Below are positions 63,529 to 64,000 of a DNA stretch of 64,000 nucleotides, piece by piece. A program made the position numbers and the translations under genes. How positions within the stretch are numbered: position 1 is the first letter of the stretch; each line of letters begins with the position of its first letter. A model generated the notes under the pieces. The model made no database searches and was not told where the DNA came from. It saw only the letters and a program-made list of their open reading frames with translations. Origin of the DNA: Stylophora pistillata (Eukaryota); the NCBI RefSeq assembly GCF_002571385.2, contig NW_019217901.1, forward strand, positions 503,526 to 567,525, written 5' to 3'.

Positions 63529-64000
63529 CTGAAAATAGAAGTTTAAAGGTCAAAAATGGATCTAGTTGAATTGAAGAAGGGGCTTATGGAATATGGTGTA
63601 GAACACTAAAAACGCAGGGATTTGGAATGTGAATGCCCCGTAACGGTCAACGAGCTGCTGACGTCCATTATCACGCAATTTTCTATTCAAGCCACAGAAT
63701 GCAATGCTTCCAGTGTTGCAGCAGCGCGCCTGTCCCGACGATTAATCTACGATTATTTAAATTATCATATCTTTATCGATGCCAGGCTTCTTCAACTTTA
63801 AACGTGTCAACTGCAAAAGAAGTAAACAAATTACCCTAGCAGTTTGCTGCAATCAAAGAGAATGCCGAAAAGAGGCTGAAAAAAACCAGGCTTCGACGGA
63901 CCGTTTGAACAATTCGTTTGTAAACAAGTTTATCTCCCATCGTAATTTAACCGTCATTTTAAACATTCTTTCTTTAATGTTTGGATTTTTCCTTAACACA

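Overview
Eukaryotic, AT-rich, intron-containing animal DNA; gene content and repeat families fit a cnidarian, probably a stony coral (inference). Host genes: two head-to-head DD3-3-like secreted-protein paralogues (about 1.1-13.2 kb), a 12-exon SLC23/NAT nucleobase transporter (minus), three universal stress protein (USP) genes, an intronless carbohydrate sulfotransferase, and the 3' part of an ABCG half-transporter (minus, continuing past the window end). The main mobile element is a 4.38-kb ISL2EU-type (PIF/Harbinger-related) DNA transposon at 54856-59233 with ~70-bp TIRs and an AT target duplication. It carries an intact SAP-like/SWIM/YqaJ-exonuclease gene and a DDE transposase whose THAP region is replaced by a 0.5-kb copy of an exon of the neighbouring ABCG gene (real capture or assembly artefact; an N sits at one junction). 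The window also has four MITEs with the same AT|AG..CT|AT end signature, Penelope-like elements, eight minimal hammerhead-ribozyme(-like) motifs from several families (one with a compensatory U3:A8 core), LINE, SINE and tyrosine-recombinase relics, and other MITEs. Exon coordinates were read by hand from GT-AG boundaries and frame continuity; family calls come from motif recognition, not database searches.
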